DNA of 64,000 bases from Ignavibacteriota bacterium (GTDB lineage: Bacteria; Bacteroidota; Ignavibacteria; UBA10030; UBA6906). This document shows, piece after piece, positions 18,770-28,042 of this stretch (within the stretch, counting starts at the first letter, position 1; every line of letters starts with the position of its first letter). The stretch covers positions 8,732-72,731 of the forward strand of contig CAWEHG010000015.1 in the NCBI GenBank assembly GCA_963808715.1, read 5' to 3'. The notes under the pieces were generated by a model that saw only the letters and a program-made list of their open reading frames with translations, was not told the DNA's origin and did not search any database. The translations under genes and the position numbers were made by a program.

Positions 18770-20937
18770 ATGAAGATGAATCGTTGGATCGCGGCCAGCC
18801 TGCTGCTCCCCTGCGTGGCTTTTGCGCAGGGGATCAACCGCCCCTTGATCCAGACCCTCGTGGACGCGGTCTCGCGCGACAGCCTGGTCAGGGTCATCAC
18901 GGACCTCCAGGGATACGGTACCCGGTACGAGCTGTCGCCGCAACAGGATTCCGCGGGGGTCTACCTCGAGCGGGAGATGCGCCGGCGGGGAGCCGCGGTG
19001 GAACGTCAGAGCTACCTCTTCGGCCTGCCGGCGCTCCGGAGCGTCGACCTCCTGGATGCGTCGACCGCCTGGGCGGTCGGGGGCGATTCCGCCATCGTGA
19101 GAACCACGGATGCCGGCCAGACCTGGACCTCCCAGAAGTCTGTTGCAGGTGCTTCGTACTACGGGGTGGACTTCGTCAACTCCCGTGTGGGATGGGCCGT
19201 GGGTTCGGGCGCGCTGATCGTGAAGACGACCGACGGCGGGTCGACGTGGGTCCGGCAGACCCCCGACACCTCCGTGGCGCTCAACGATGTCGTCGCGCTG
19301 GACGAACAGTCGGCGGTCGCGGTCGGCGCTTCGGGGGTCATCCTGCGGACGACAAACGGCGGACAGCAGTGGCAGCGCAGGATCACCGGTGTGGGGCAGG
19401 CGCTGAACGAGATCGAGGCACGGGACGCCACAAACCTCTGGGTTGTCGGGGCGGGGGGAACGATCCTGGCTTCCACCGATGCAGGGGCCGGCTGGACACC
19501 GCGCACGTCGGGCACAACGTCGTCCCTCACAGACATTCACTTCGCGAACGGCCGCCTGGGGTGGATCGTGCTGGCGAATTCCTTGCTGAAGTCGACCAAC
19601 GGAGGTTCATCGTGGACGGGGGTCGCTGCCCCGGTGGGTTCATCGACATGCCGGTCGTTGCGATTCGCGGACAGCACGACCGGGGTCCTGGTGGACGGGG
19701 CGCAGAACATCTTCCGGACGACGAACGGGGGAAGCAGCTGGTCGAAGGTGTACGACCCCGCAGCTTCGGGTTGGGTGAAGGGGTGGACGCCGGCCCTCAC
19801 CGAGGTGCGTTCGGCCGGACGGCTGACCGCCGTCGGGAGCAGGGGGACCATCCTGACAAGCACCGACAACGGGGCCGCCTGGACCAGCCAGACGGCGAAT
19901 CTCCCTGCGGCGCTGATCCATGTCTCCCACAATATCGTCGGTACGATCCCGGGCTCGGCCACTCCCGACAAAGAGGTCGTCCTGGTGGCCCACTACGATT
20001 CCTACAGTAACAATCTCATGGTTTCCGCTCCCGGCGCAAACGACAACGCGAGCGGCACGGCCGCGGTCCTGGAGGGTCTGCGCGTCTGCCTCCCCTACCG
20101 CTTCGCCTGCACGCTCCGCTTCGTTGCGGTGTCGGGGGAAGAACTCGGAATGTACGGCAGCCAGCACTATGTTGCCCGGGTCGTCTCCGAAGGCCGGAAC
20201 ATCGTTGCGGCAGTGAACGCCGACATGATCGGTTATCCCACCACGGCGGATACGGCAAGGCTGGTCGCTTCCAGCTACCTGACCCGCAACTGGCTCCTGG
20301 ATTCTTCGGTGGTCTACAGTCAGCGGTACGGGCTGGGACTCACCGCGGTCACGCTCGTCGACAATACGGGAGCGAGCGACTATGGCCCCTTCGCGGTCGC
20401 CGGGTACCCGACGCTGGACATCGCGGAGGGGACGGCGAACGAGATCTGGGGAGGTGCGGACCCCTACTACCACAAAACCACGGATACCATCGACAAGCTG
20501 AAGGTTTCGCTGGTGCGGAAGGGGGCGCAGTGGATGCTCGCCACCGCGCTCGAGCAGGCGAACCCCCTCGGACCGGTCTCCGTGGAGCCGGGGTGACCGA
20601 GATGCCTGCGGAGTATGTTCTTACACAGAACTATCCGAACCCGTTCAATCCCTCCACCACGATAGAGTACACGGTCCCGAAGGCTGGAGGCCAACCGGCG
20701 AGTGGGGACCGGCTGGCGGCCGGCGACCGGCCGGCGGTGGGGGAGCGGGTGGGACGAGTGAGGCTTGCCGTCTACGATCTGCTGGGACGGGAAGTGGCGC
20801 TGATCGTGGACGAGGAGCAGAGGCCCGGGAGGTACAGCGTGCGGTTCGACGCAGGACCCCTCTCCAGCGGCGTCTATTTCTACCGGCTGACCGCCGGGGC
20901 TCTCGTGTTGACCCGCAAGATGACCCTCGTGCGATAG
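18770..20937 (+). CDS. M28 peptidase with an inserted BNR/Ycf48-like beta-propeller and a T9SS C-terminal domain (one frame break)
   Basis: ORF 18770..20596 plus ORF 20530..20937. MKMNRWIAASLLLPCVAFAQ; seven blades (TTDAGQTW, TTDGGSTW, TTNGGQQW, STDAGAGW, STNGGSSW, TTNGGSSW, STDNGAAW). Then HNIVGTIPG..VVLVAHYDSYS..GANDNASGTAAVLE..VAVSGEELGMYGSQHY. CTD YVLTQNYPNPFNPSTTIEY..GVYFYRL..MTLVR reached by a shift in G-run 20590-20593. Confidence 0.75.
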
Positions 20938-20944
20938 CCGACCG

Positions 20945-21532
20945 CGATCGAATGGCGGGTTGGCGGCCGCATCCGGCTTCGTACGTCCGCGCCCTTCTAC
21001 GTTCCTGTGCCGTGGTGCTGATCTTGTCGAGGTCGAGCACCATTTCGCCGGCGTTGCCAATGTGGAAGGCGGGGACAAATCGCACGCCGCGCGCGATCTC
21101 GTCATGCCTGTACGAGTAGCGGGAATGGACGACCTGCTGGAAGGTGTCGTCGAATCCCTTGATCAGGACCAGGAACTCGGCCTGCAGGGTCGCCAGCTGT
21201 TCGGCGGTCTTGCCGTGCAGCGGGCTGGATTCGGTTAGCGGATGGACCAGCGTCCAGGTGAGCGGAAGAAACTGGACGGCAGGGATCTCGAGTTCCAGCA
21301 CATCGTACTTCCGCGTGCGGTGGCTGGGGGACCCACACGGTCATCAACAGGAGACGCGCTTCCGCCTCCATCAGCGTGCTTCGCCGCCTGTTCGCCACCC
21401 GGAACATCAACGCCTCCCCTCCCTTGTGCTGCACCACGGCCATCGACTTGCTGAAGACTGCCGGCCGCGCGGAGAACCTCCCGATAGGCCGGTCGCGATC
21501 GCAAAGCTCATCAGGCCGATCATCGCTTCCAT
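20945..21532 (-). pseudogene. KirBac-like inward-rectifier K+ channel remnant (TM2 end plus cytoplasmic domain; no TM1 or pore)
   Basis: Own translation: (S)MEAMIGLMSFAIATGL / IGRFSARPAVFSKSMAVVQHKGGEALMFRVANRRRSTLMEAEARLLLMTV / ..YDVLELEIPAVQFLPLTWTLVHPLTESSPLHGKTAEQLATLQAEFLVLIKGFDDTFQQVVHSRYSYRHDEI.. (ORFs 21102..21443 and 20645..21301), collinear with KirBac as I recall it. At least two frame breaks. 3' end uncertain because the ORF runs on into the neighbouring gene. Confidence 0.5.
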
Positions 21533-21894
21533 GGAAGCAGATGTTGGTCAGGTCCGGGCGGTGCGAGATCAGGTCCAGGATCCAGTGGCTGAGGACGCAC
21601 AGAGCGACGCGCCAGCGCTCCGCGCATGGACCGCTTCACGGCAAGTAGACCCCGCCGGCGAAGGCGGCATACAGCAGGCAGGCGGCGAGACTGTGCGAAA
21701 GCGGGTAGTCGTAGAGGTCGAGCGGCACCATGGCTGTGATCCCTTCGACGATCCGCAAGTGTTCCAGTCCCGGCCATCACCAGCATGGGGAATAGCAGGT
21801 CCAGGAATGTCGCGCTGAGGACCAGCGTCCCCAGTGAGGTCTTCGGGGCGATCCGCTTTGCGGCAAAAGCAGCGGCATAGTGTCCGATGAACAT
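21533..21894 (-). pseudogene. YdjM/DUF457-like membrane-bound hydrolase-family fragment, frame-shifted and truncated
   Basis: ORF 21520..21894: MFIGHYAAAFAAKRIAPKTSLGTLVLSATFLDLLFPMLVMAG. Other frames then give LEHLRIVEGITAMVPLDLYDYPLSHSLAACLLYAAFAGGVYL and ..ALCVLSHWILDLISHRPDL, after which the sequence abuts the Kir fragment. Confidence 0.4.
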
Positions 21895-21898
21895 CCGG

Positions 21899-22753
21899 TC
21901 ACCTTTCGGGTGTGATCAACGTGTTCAGACGTGCCCATCCGGTCTTCGCGATGTCGATGACGATGGGGGTAACAAAGCCCAGGACGAACGGCATGGCGGG
22001 TTCGCGGAACCGTTCGTTGCCGAAGGAAAAGACCGACAGGAGAGAGATCCCCACAACGATCCAGAGTTCGTAGTCCTGCCAGCGGATGCGGCGGAGGAAC
22101 AGAAAGAGCACCGGAACGTAAGCCAGCACGAACGTGCCGCGGAGCAGCGATTCCAGCCACTGCGGCGGATGCGGGATCAGGATAAAAAAGTGATAGTCGG
22201 GCCGCCAGAGGATATAGAGCCTGTGGATCAGGCTGCGTTGCCCTGCCGCGAATGCCTCGTTGTACTCCCAGACCCCCCCGTAGCTGATGAACCCCGTGAA
22301 GATCAGCGGAAGGGCGACCAGCAGCCACCTCTTGCGGTCGCGGAGGAGCCAGGCCGCCAGCACGAACAGGAATACGAGCAGCGTCTCCTTCATGTAGACG
22401 TTGGCGTACATGATCCCTGGAGGATAGAACGCCAGGACCCATCCGCCGCGTCTGTAGAGGAGTTCGAGCAGCACGCAGGTAAGAGTCGACAGCAGGATCT
22501 GGAGCGCGAGGCTCCGATGTGTGACGTGCAGGAAAGCCATGTACGCGGGGGTGCGCTGGTACCAGTGCTCGTAGGGGAAGAGTCTGACCGTGTTCTCCAG
22601 GGTCTGGCTGTTGACGTAGTACTCCTTTGCGTCTCCGACGAGAGGGGCATCGTACACGAGCGGGATGAAGCCGCGCAGACAGAGGGCGGCGGCGAAAAGC
22701 AGGATCAGGTCGCGGTGGGTGCGCAGCAACGATGGCATGGCGGAGGTCCGCAC
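21899..22753 (-). CDS. polytopic membrane protein, possibly GT-C (ArnT/PMT-like) glycosyltransferase
   Basis: ORF 21899..22753. Multiple hydrophobic spans; N-terminal ..LRGFIPLVYDAPLVGDAKEYYVNS resembles the first-loop acidic motif of GT-C enzymes. Short (284 aa) for that family. Confidence 0.45.
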   Translation of the reverse strand: MRTSAMPSLLRTHRDLILLFAAALCLRGFIPLVYDAPLVGDAKEYYVNSQTLENTVRLFPYEHWYQRTPAYMAFLHVTHRSLALQILLSTLTCVLLELLYRRGGWVLAFYPPGIMYANVYMKETLLVFLFVLAAWLLRDRKRWLLVALPLIFTGFISYGGVWEYNEAFAAGQRSLIHRLYILWRPDYHFFILIPHPPQWLESLLRGTFVLAYVPVLFLFLRRIRWQDYELWIVVGISLLSVFSFGNERFREPAMPFVLGFVTPIVIDIAKTGWARLNTLITPER

Positions 22754-22798
22754 TGGTGGTTCAGGGGTTCAAGCCGCTCTTCTTGGCCGGGCGCAGGG

Positions 22799-23131
22799 TC
22801 AGCCCCGGACGAAATGCGGCATTTCGGCCGGCAGCGGGAGGGAGATCTCGACGAACCCGCGATAGGCCCCGTTCTCGAACCAGGGGGACTGGAAGATGAG
22901 CTTCCTGGCCCCCTGTTTTTCGATGGTGTAGACGTTGGACTTCTGTTCCCGGAGCATCGTTGCGAGCAGGGTTCGTGCGGGCTCCGGGTGGCAGGCGAGG
23001 ACGTTGGTGCCGACCAATGCCGCGCCTCCATCCGCCTCAAAGGTCGCGCAGGCGCGGTCGTTGAGCGAGAGGATGACCCCCTCGGCGTCGCATACGGTGA
23101 TCGCTGCGGGAAGTTCTTTTGCCCACTCCAT
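22799..23131 (-). CDS. small PAS-like domain protein
   Basis: ORF 22799..23287, start moved to MEWAKELPAAITVCDAEGVILSLNDRACATFEADGG..ACHPEPARTLL..; 110 aa. Confidence 0.55.
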   Translation of the reverse strand: MEWAKELPAAITVCDAEGVILSLNDRACATFEADGGAALVGTNVLACHPEPARTLLATMLREQKSNVYTIEKQGARKLIFQSPWFENGAYRGFVEISLPLPAEMPHFVRG

Positions 23132-23145
23132 AAGAGTTCTCCGCG

Positions 23146-23736
23146 TCACATCTTCTTCGAGGCGTACCCTGCGGGCACGATGAATTTGGCGGGCGGGACG
23201 GGGACATTCTCCTCCAGCTTGACCGCCGTGACCGCGCTCTTCATCCCTTTGTTGTCGACCGAGGTGAGCAGTGTGATCTTCTTCCATCCGGCGTACACGG
23301 CGAGTCCGTAGGAGGTCTGTAGCTGGAAGGATTCACAGTCCTTCCCGGCGATCTTGACGTTCGGACGCTTCTTTGCCTTCCCGGATTGTACGTCCTTGGA
23401 GGACATTTCATTCCAATCGAAGCGCATCTCCGTCCCTCGATAGGCGGGTCCGCGGTCGAAGGCGGTCTTCTTGGCGGGCATCACCAACCAGAGGGTCTTG
23501 CCGTCGCTGAAGAACACCTCCTTGAGCGTGTTGTCTTCGTACGTCTCTTTGCATTCCTTCATCCCAAAATCGTCAAAATACACCACGACCTTGTTCTTCG
23601 ACAGGAAGCCACTCATTTCCATGGTCTGCTCGAAGGTGATGATCGCGGACTTGATGTCATATTTGTGGTCCTGAGCCACTGCAGGAAGGCAGATGAGCAG
23701 TGTGGACAGGAACAACGAGGCGACACATGTTTTCAT
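23146..23736 (-). CDS. secreted hypothetical protein
   Basis: ORF 23146..23736. Signal peptide MKTCVASLFLSTLLICLPAVAQ; Lys-rich and visibly lower GC than its neighbours; no motif recognised with confidence. Confidence 0.5.
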   Translation of the reverse strand: MKTCVASLFLSTLLICLPAVAQDHKYDIKSAIITFEQTMEMSGFLSKNKVVVYFDDFGMKECKETYEDNTLKEVFFSDGKTLWLVMPAKKTAFDRGPAYRGTEMRFDWNEMSSKDVQSGKAKKRPNVKIAGKDCESFQLQTSYGLAVYAGWKKITLLTSVDNKGMKSAVTAVKLEENVPVPPAKFIVPAGYASKKM

Positions 23737-23941
23737 CGCGCACCTGAGGGTCTGGTGAGGGTTGAGGGACGGACCGGTCGTGAACGCAACATCCGGTCAA
23801 CGGACATCAACCTACAGAATGACGACGCAAGAGTCAACCGTGATGCCTCCGGATGAGCCCTGAATGGAATACGTCTTGCGAGCTCGATCTTCCTCCCGTA
23901 TATTCCCGCATACCCTGCAGTGCGCACCCGGAGCTCCTGAC

Positions 23942-25168
23942 ATGACCTCTCGTGAACGCGTTCTCTCTTCTCTGAACCACGTGGCGCCGGACATGGTCCC
24001 GATCGACTGCTCGGGGCACCGCTCCTCGGGGATCTCCGCGATCGCCTATGCAAAGCTCCGCCGCCACCTGGGCCTCCCGGACCGTCCTCTCCGCGTCTAC
24101 GACATCATCCAGCAGCTGGCGGTCCTGGACGACGACGTCCTGGACCGGTTCGGGATCGACACGATCGAACTGGGGAGAGCGTTCGCCCTCGATGACCGGT
24201 ACTGGGTCGATTGGACCCTTCCCGACGGTACGCCGTGTCAGGTGCCGGCATGGACGCCGCCCGAACGGGTGGAGAGCCACTGGGTGATCCGCTCGGCCAG
24301 CGGCAGGGTGCTGGCCAGGATGCCGGAGGGCGCGCTCTATTTCGAGCAGGCCTCCTGGCCGTTCGTCGACGGGCCTCCCGACCACAGCCGACTGCAGGAG
24401 GCTTTCGCAGAATCGATGTGGACCGGGATCGCATCGCCGCCCGGGCCGATCACCGGGGGAGCGGAGGGACAGGCGCTGCTGGGGCAGGAGGCCCGCCGGC
24501 TGCGCGAAAGCACGGACCGGGCGATCATCGGACTGTTCGGGGGGAACCTCCTCGAGTGCGGACAGTTCCTCTACCGCAACGACCACTTCCTTGAACTCAT
24601 GGCCGCCGACCCCGCGGCGACGCACGACTTCCTGGACAGACTCGTCGAGATGCACCTCGGGAACCTCGAACGCTTTCTTGCCGCGGTCGGGCCGTACATC
24701 GACGTGATCGTTTTCGGCGACGACCTGGGAATGCAGACCGGTCCGCAGATGTCCCCCGCGATGTACAGGAAGTATTTCAAGCCCCGGCATGCCTTGCTCT
24801 GGAAGCGTGCCAAGGAACTGGCGAACGTCAAGGTCATGCTTCACTGCTGCGGCGGCGTGCGTGAACTGCTTGCCGATCTGATCGATGCCGGCCTGGACGC
24901 GATCAACCCGGTGCAGATCTCTGCCGGGGAATGGACGCCGCGGGTCTCAAGGCGGACTTCGGGCAGAAACTGACCTTCTGGGGTGGGGGGTGCGACACGC
25001 AGTTCGAGCTGAGCAGGGGGACGCCGGAAACAGGTGCGGGATCATGTCCGCCGGCAGGTCCGGGTCCTGCAGCCGGGGGGAGGGTTCGTCTTCCAGCAGG
25101 TGCACAACATCATGGCGGACGTCCCGCCGGAGAACATCGTGGCGATGTTTGATGCCGTGAGGTCCTGA
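23942..25168 (+). CDS. uroporphyrinogen-decarboxylase-fold (URO-D / MtaA-CmuA-like) family protein, two compensating frame breaks
   Basis: ORF 23864..24973 (start moved to MTSRERVLSSLNHVAPDMVPID), ORF 24931..25152 (GMDAAGLKADFGQKLTFWGGGCDTQ), then back to the first frame (QVRDHVRRQVRVLQPGGGFVFQQVHNIMADVPPENIVAMFDAVRS, stop 25166-25168). Breaks lie in G-run 24926-24929 and A-run 25028-25030. Confidence 0.7.
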
Positions 25169-25184
25169 CGGCGGCTCCCCGGGT

Positions 25185-25230
25185 CTCAGGCCTCCGGCCT
25201 CTCAGGCCTCCGGCCTTTCAGGCCCTTCCG
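25185..25230. repeat. tandem 16-nt unit (two copies plus a partial third), each a small GC hairpin; possible terminator between convergent genes
   Basis: CTCAGGCCTCCGGCCT at 25185-25200 and 25201-25216, then degenerate TTCAGGCCCTTCCG, which is the 3' end (..LGRA stop) of the minus-strand gene. Each unit contains AGGCC-GGA-GGCCT on the minus strand. Confidence 0.6.
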
Positions 25231-25574
25231 AGCACCACGATCCCGACACAGATCGTCACCACCCCGATCACCTTCTGCGTCGACCACGCTTCACCGAACA
25301 GCAGTGCCGCCGCTCCCGCTATGAGCACGATGCTGGCCGCGGAATAGACCGGGAAGGCGGTCCCAAGCGGCATCTGCTCCAGCGCCTTGATGTACAGCAG
25401 CGTATTGACCAGGCCGATGAACAGTCCGACCCCGAGCAGGACCATCTTCTGCGCGGGGTACCCGGGGATCGCGGAGGCGTGCCGGAACAGCAGGTTCGCG
25501 GCGACGTTGAAGGCCACTGCAAGCAGGAGCAGGAGTACGCTGGACATGGGAGCCGGGGGATGTGGGGTGGACAT
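25218..25574 (-). CDS. small 4-TM transporter of SMR/EamA (DMT) type
   Basis: ORF 25218..25574 (possible start at MSSVLLLLLAVAF). Four hydrophobic spans; ..LYIKALEQMPLGTAFPVYSAASIVLIAGAAALLFGE.. Confidence 0.6.
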   Translation of the reverse strand: MSTPHPPAPMSSVLLLLLAVAFNVAANLLFRHASAIPGYPAQKMVLLGVGLFIGLVNTLLYIKALEQMPLGTAFPVYSAASIVLIAGAAALLFGEAWSTQKVIGVVTICVGIVVLGRA

Positions 25575-25705
25575 TCGAGTGTAGGAATTTCGCGGGGGAA
25601 ACGCAATGTGGCGGCGAAATCCGATTTTCGATATCTTGTTGGGAGATGATCACCGACCCCGCCGCGATGTTCCGAAGGGGTGAACCAGCACAAGGAGCCC
25701 AGCCG

Positions 25706-26165
25706 ATGAAGTATCTGTTTTCGATCGTTGCCCTGCTGATGATCGGTACGGCCGCCCACGGCGGCCCGAAGAACTACGGGAAATCGCTGACCCTCAAAGA
25801 GACCACCAGGATCTCGGACATCCTACGCCCAGCCACAGAAGTACGCCGGCAAGCGGGTGCTCGTCGAGGGTCCGGCCGTGAACGTCTGCAAGAAACGAGG
25901 CTGCTGGATCGAGATCGGGAGCGACAAAGAGTTCCAGAGCATCCGTTTCAAGGTGGAGGACGGGGTGATCGTCTTCCCGCTGGAAGCCAAGGGGAAGACG
26001 GTTCGCGCCGAGGGGATCGTCAGTGTGACGACCACCAGTGCAGAAGAGCAGATCGCCCAGGGGCAGAAGCATGCGAAGGAATCCGGCGAGGAGTTCGATC
26101 CGGCCTCCGTCAAGGGTCCGAAGACGACCGTGCTGCTCAAGGGCGAAGGCGCCGAAGTCCGCTGA
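25706..26165 (+). CDS. DUF4920-like secreted protein (one frame break)
   Basis: ATG 25706 MKYLFSIVALLMIGTAAHG..LTLKETTRISDIL (frame of ORF 25562..26329), then AQPQKYAGKRVLVEGPAVNVCKKRGCWIEIGSD.. (ORF 25857..26165 frame). Break near 25815-25822. Confidence 0.6.
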
Positions 26166-26186
26166 TCGCAGGGGCTGCTCCAGCAT

Positions 26187-26753
26187 ATGGCGAAAACCTT
26201 CTGGCGGCGATGGAACAACATCCTGCATCGCGACATCGGCTATCTTGTGGCGGGGCTCACGGTGATCTACGGCATCTCCGGCGTTGCCGTCAACCACACT
26301 GCGGATTGGAACCCCAGCTACAGGACTGAAACCACCACGCTGCAGATCGGCCCGGTGGAGGGAGAACAGAGAGAGGAGATCGTCGCAGAGGTCAAGCGGC
26401 GGCTGGGCCTGGACGAGCAGGAACGGAATTCTTTCCGGCCGGACCCGGAGACTCTCAGACTCTTCTACGAGTTGAAGACCTATTCGGTGGACCTCCCCAC
26501 AGGGACCGTGGTGATCGAAGAGGCCCGTACCCGCCCCGTGCTGTTCGAGGCGAACAGGCTCCACCTCAATGCTCCAAAGAAGCTCTGGACCTGGATCGCC
26601 GATCTCTATGCACTCTCGCTCATCGTCGTGGCCGTCACCGGCCTGTTCGTTTTGAAGGGGAAGGTCGGGATCACGGGCCGCGGGGCGTGGCTGACGGCGA
26701 TCGGCGTCCTGGTCCCGGTCCTCTACTGGGTCTACTACTGGTACATCGAGTGA
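26187..26753 (+). CDS. PepSY-associated TM-helix family membrane protein
   Basis: ORF 26187..26753. WRRWNNILHRDIGYLVAGLTVIYGISG N-terminal TM and a C-terminal TM pair ..LYALSLIVVAVTGLFVLKGK..WLTAIGVLVPVLYW. Confidence 0.6.
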   Translation: MAKTFWRRWNNILHRDIGYLVAGLTVIYGISGVAVNHTADWNPSYRTETTTLQIGPVEGEQREEIVAEVKRRLGLDEQERNSFRPDPETLRLFYELKTYSVDLPTGTVVIEEARTRPVLFEANRLHLNAPKKLWTWIADLYALSLIVVAVTGLFVLKGKVGITGRGAWLTAIGVLVPVLYWVYYWYIE

Positions 26754-26763
26754 TCTCCGTTCC

Positions 26764-27968
26764 ATGCCCTGGACCCTCCGGACCCTCCTGAACATCACCC
26801 TCGCGGCCGCTCCGCTCGCCCTGTACATCGGGCTGCGGTGCGCTTCGTCCGCCGGCCTGCTGCGGCCCGCCTGGAAGGCGACCGCCAGGCGATTGGCGCT
26901 CCTCCTGCTTGCCTGGTTCCTCGCTCTTCCAGCCTACACGCTCGTCGTCTGGCAGCTGGGAAGGACCGCCCGCCACTTCACCCTGCGTACCGACCTCACA
27001 TGGGCCGATTACCTCCTGCACTATCCGTTCTGGTTCGGCGTGGTGGTGGTGATCGAGCTGATCGTCCCCTATCTGTTGCTGGACCTGGGGCAGCTGGTGC
27101 TCCGTTTCTTCCCGGCGGCAAGAGAACGCGGCCGCACGATCTTCGCGGCGCTCCGGGTGGGTCTTGCGCTCTTCGCGCTGGTCTACGTTCCCGTCAAGGC
27201 GGTGCTCGACACGACGGTGGTTCGGGATACCGTCGCAGAACTCCAGATCTCGAAGCTTCCCCCGGAACTCGATGGCCTGAAGGTGACGCTCGTCTCGGAC
27301 ATCCAGGTGGACAGGTACACGGGGGAAGGGAAGGTGGAGCAGGCGCGGCGGATCGTGAGGGAACGGGCTCCCGAGCATGCTGCTGTCCGGCGGTGATCTG
27401 GTGACGAGCGGCACCGCGTTCCTGGACGCGGCGGCCTCCGCCGTCGGTGGCCTGTCGGGTTCCACCCTCACCGCCGCGGTGATGGGGGACCACGATCACT
27501 GGTCCGCCCCCGGGGCGATCAGGGCGCTGCACGGGCGCGCAGGATGGATGTTCCTCGACGACCGCCACCAGGTGTTCACGGTACGCGGCCGGACGGTCCT
27601 CCTGACCGGCCTCACGTACATCTACAGCCGGAGGAAGACCGACGAGGAGCTGGACGAATTCCTGGGCTCGGCCCCCCGGGCCGACCTGCGCCTTCTGCTG
27701 GTCCACCAGCCTGCGGAACGCGGTGGTCCAGGCGGCCGCGAGATACGGGTACCATCTGGTCCTCGCCGGTCACACGCACGGCGGGCAGATCGTCGGGCAC
27801 CCCCTCGGCTTCCCCGTGACACCCAGCCGGTTCGAAACCCGGTATTATAGCGGCGTCAGCAGGGTGGGCGCGACGGCGGTGGTGGTCACGGACGGCGTGG
27901 GACTGACCCTGGCTCCCATCCGGTACCACGCACCTGCGGAGGTGACGACCGTCGTCTTGCGCAGATGA
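26764..27968 (+). CDS. membrane-anchored metallophosphoesterase (two frame breaks)
   Basis: ORFs 26764..27396 (4-5 TM, ..LKVTLVSDIQVD), 27377..27850 (MLLSGGDLVTSG..AVMGDHDHW..LLLVHQPAE) and 27723..27968 (..YGYHLVLAGHTHGGQI). Breaks near 27374-27378 and 27716-27721. Confidence 0.7.
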
Positions 27969-28042
27969 ATGCGGCTGCCTCTCCGGGCTGCTGAGGCCGA
28001 CCCACCTCCGCTTGACTCTTGCGCGATCCTTGACGTTCTTCA

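Noticed and set aside
20600-20937. Three dispersed DNA segments sharing CAGAACTATCC.AA.CC.TTCAA (also near 7000-7251 and 43245-43527), considered as a dispersed repeat or mobile-element end
   Set aside because: They are the coding regions of the conserved T9SS C-terminal sorting domain (QNYPNPFN..) at the ends of three cargo genes. Similarity is confined to conserved codons.
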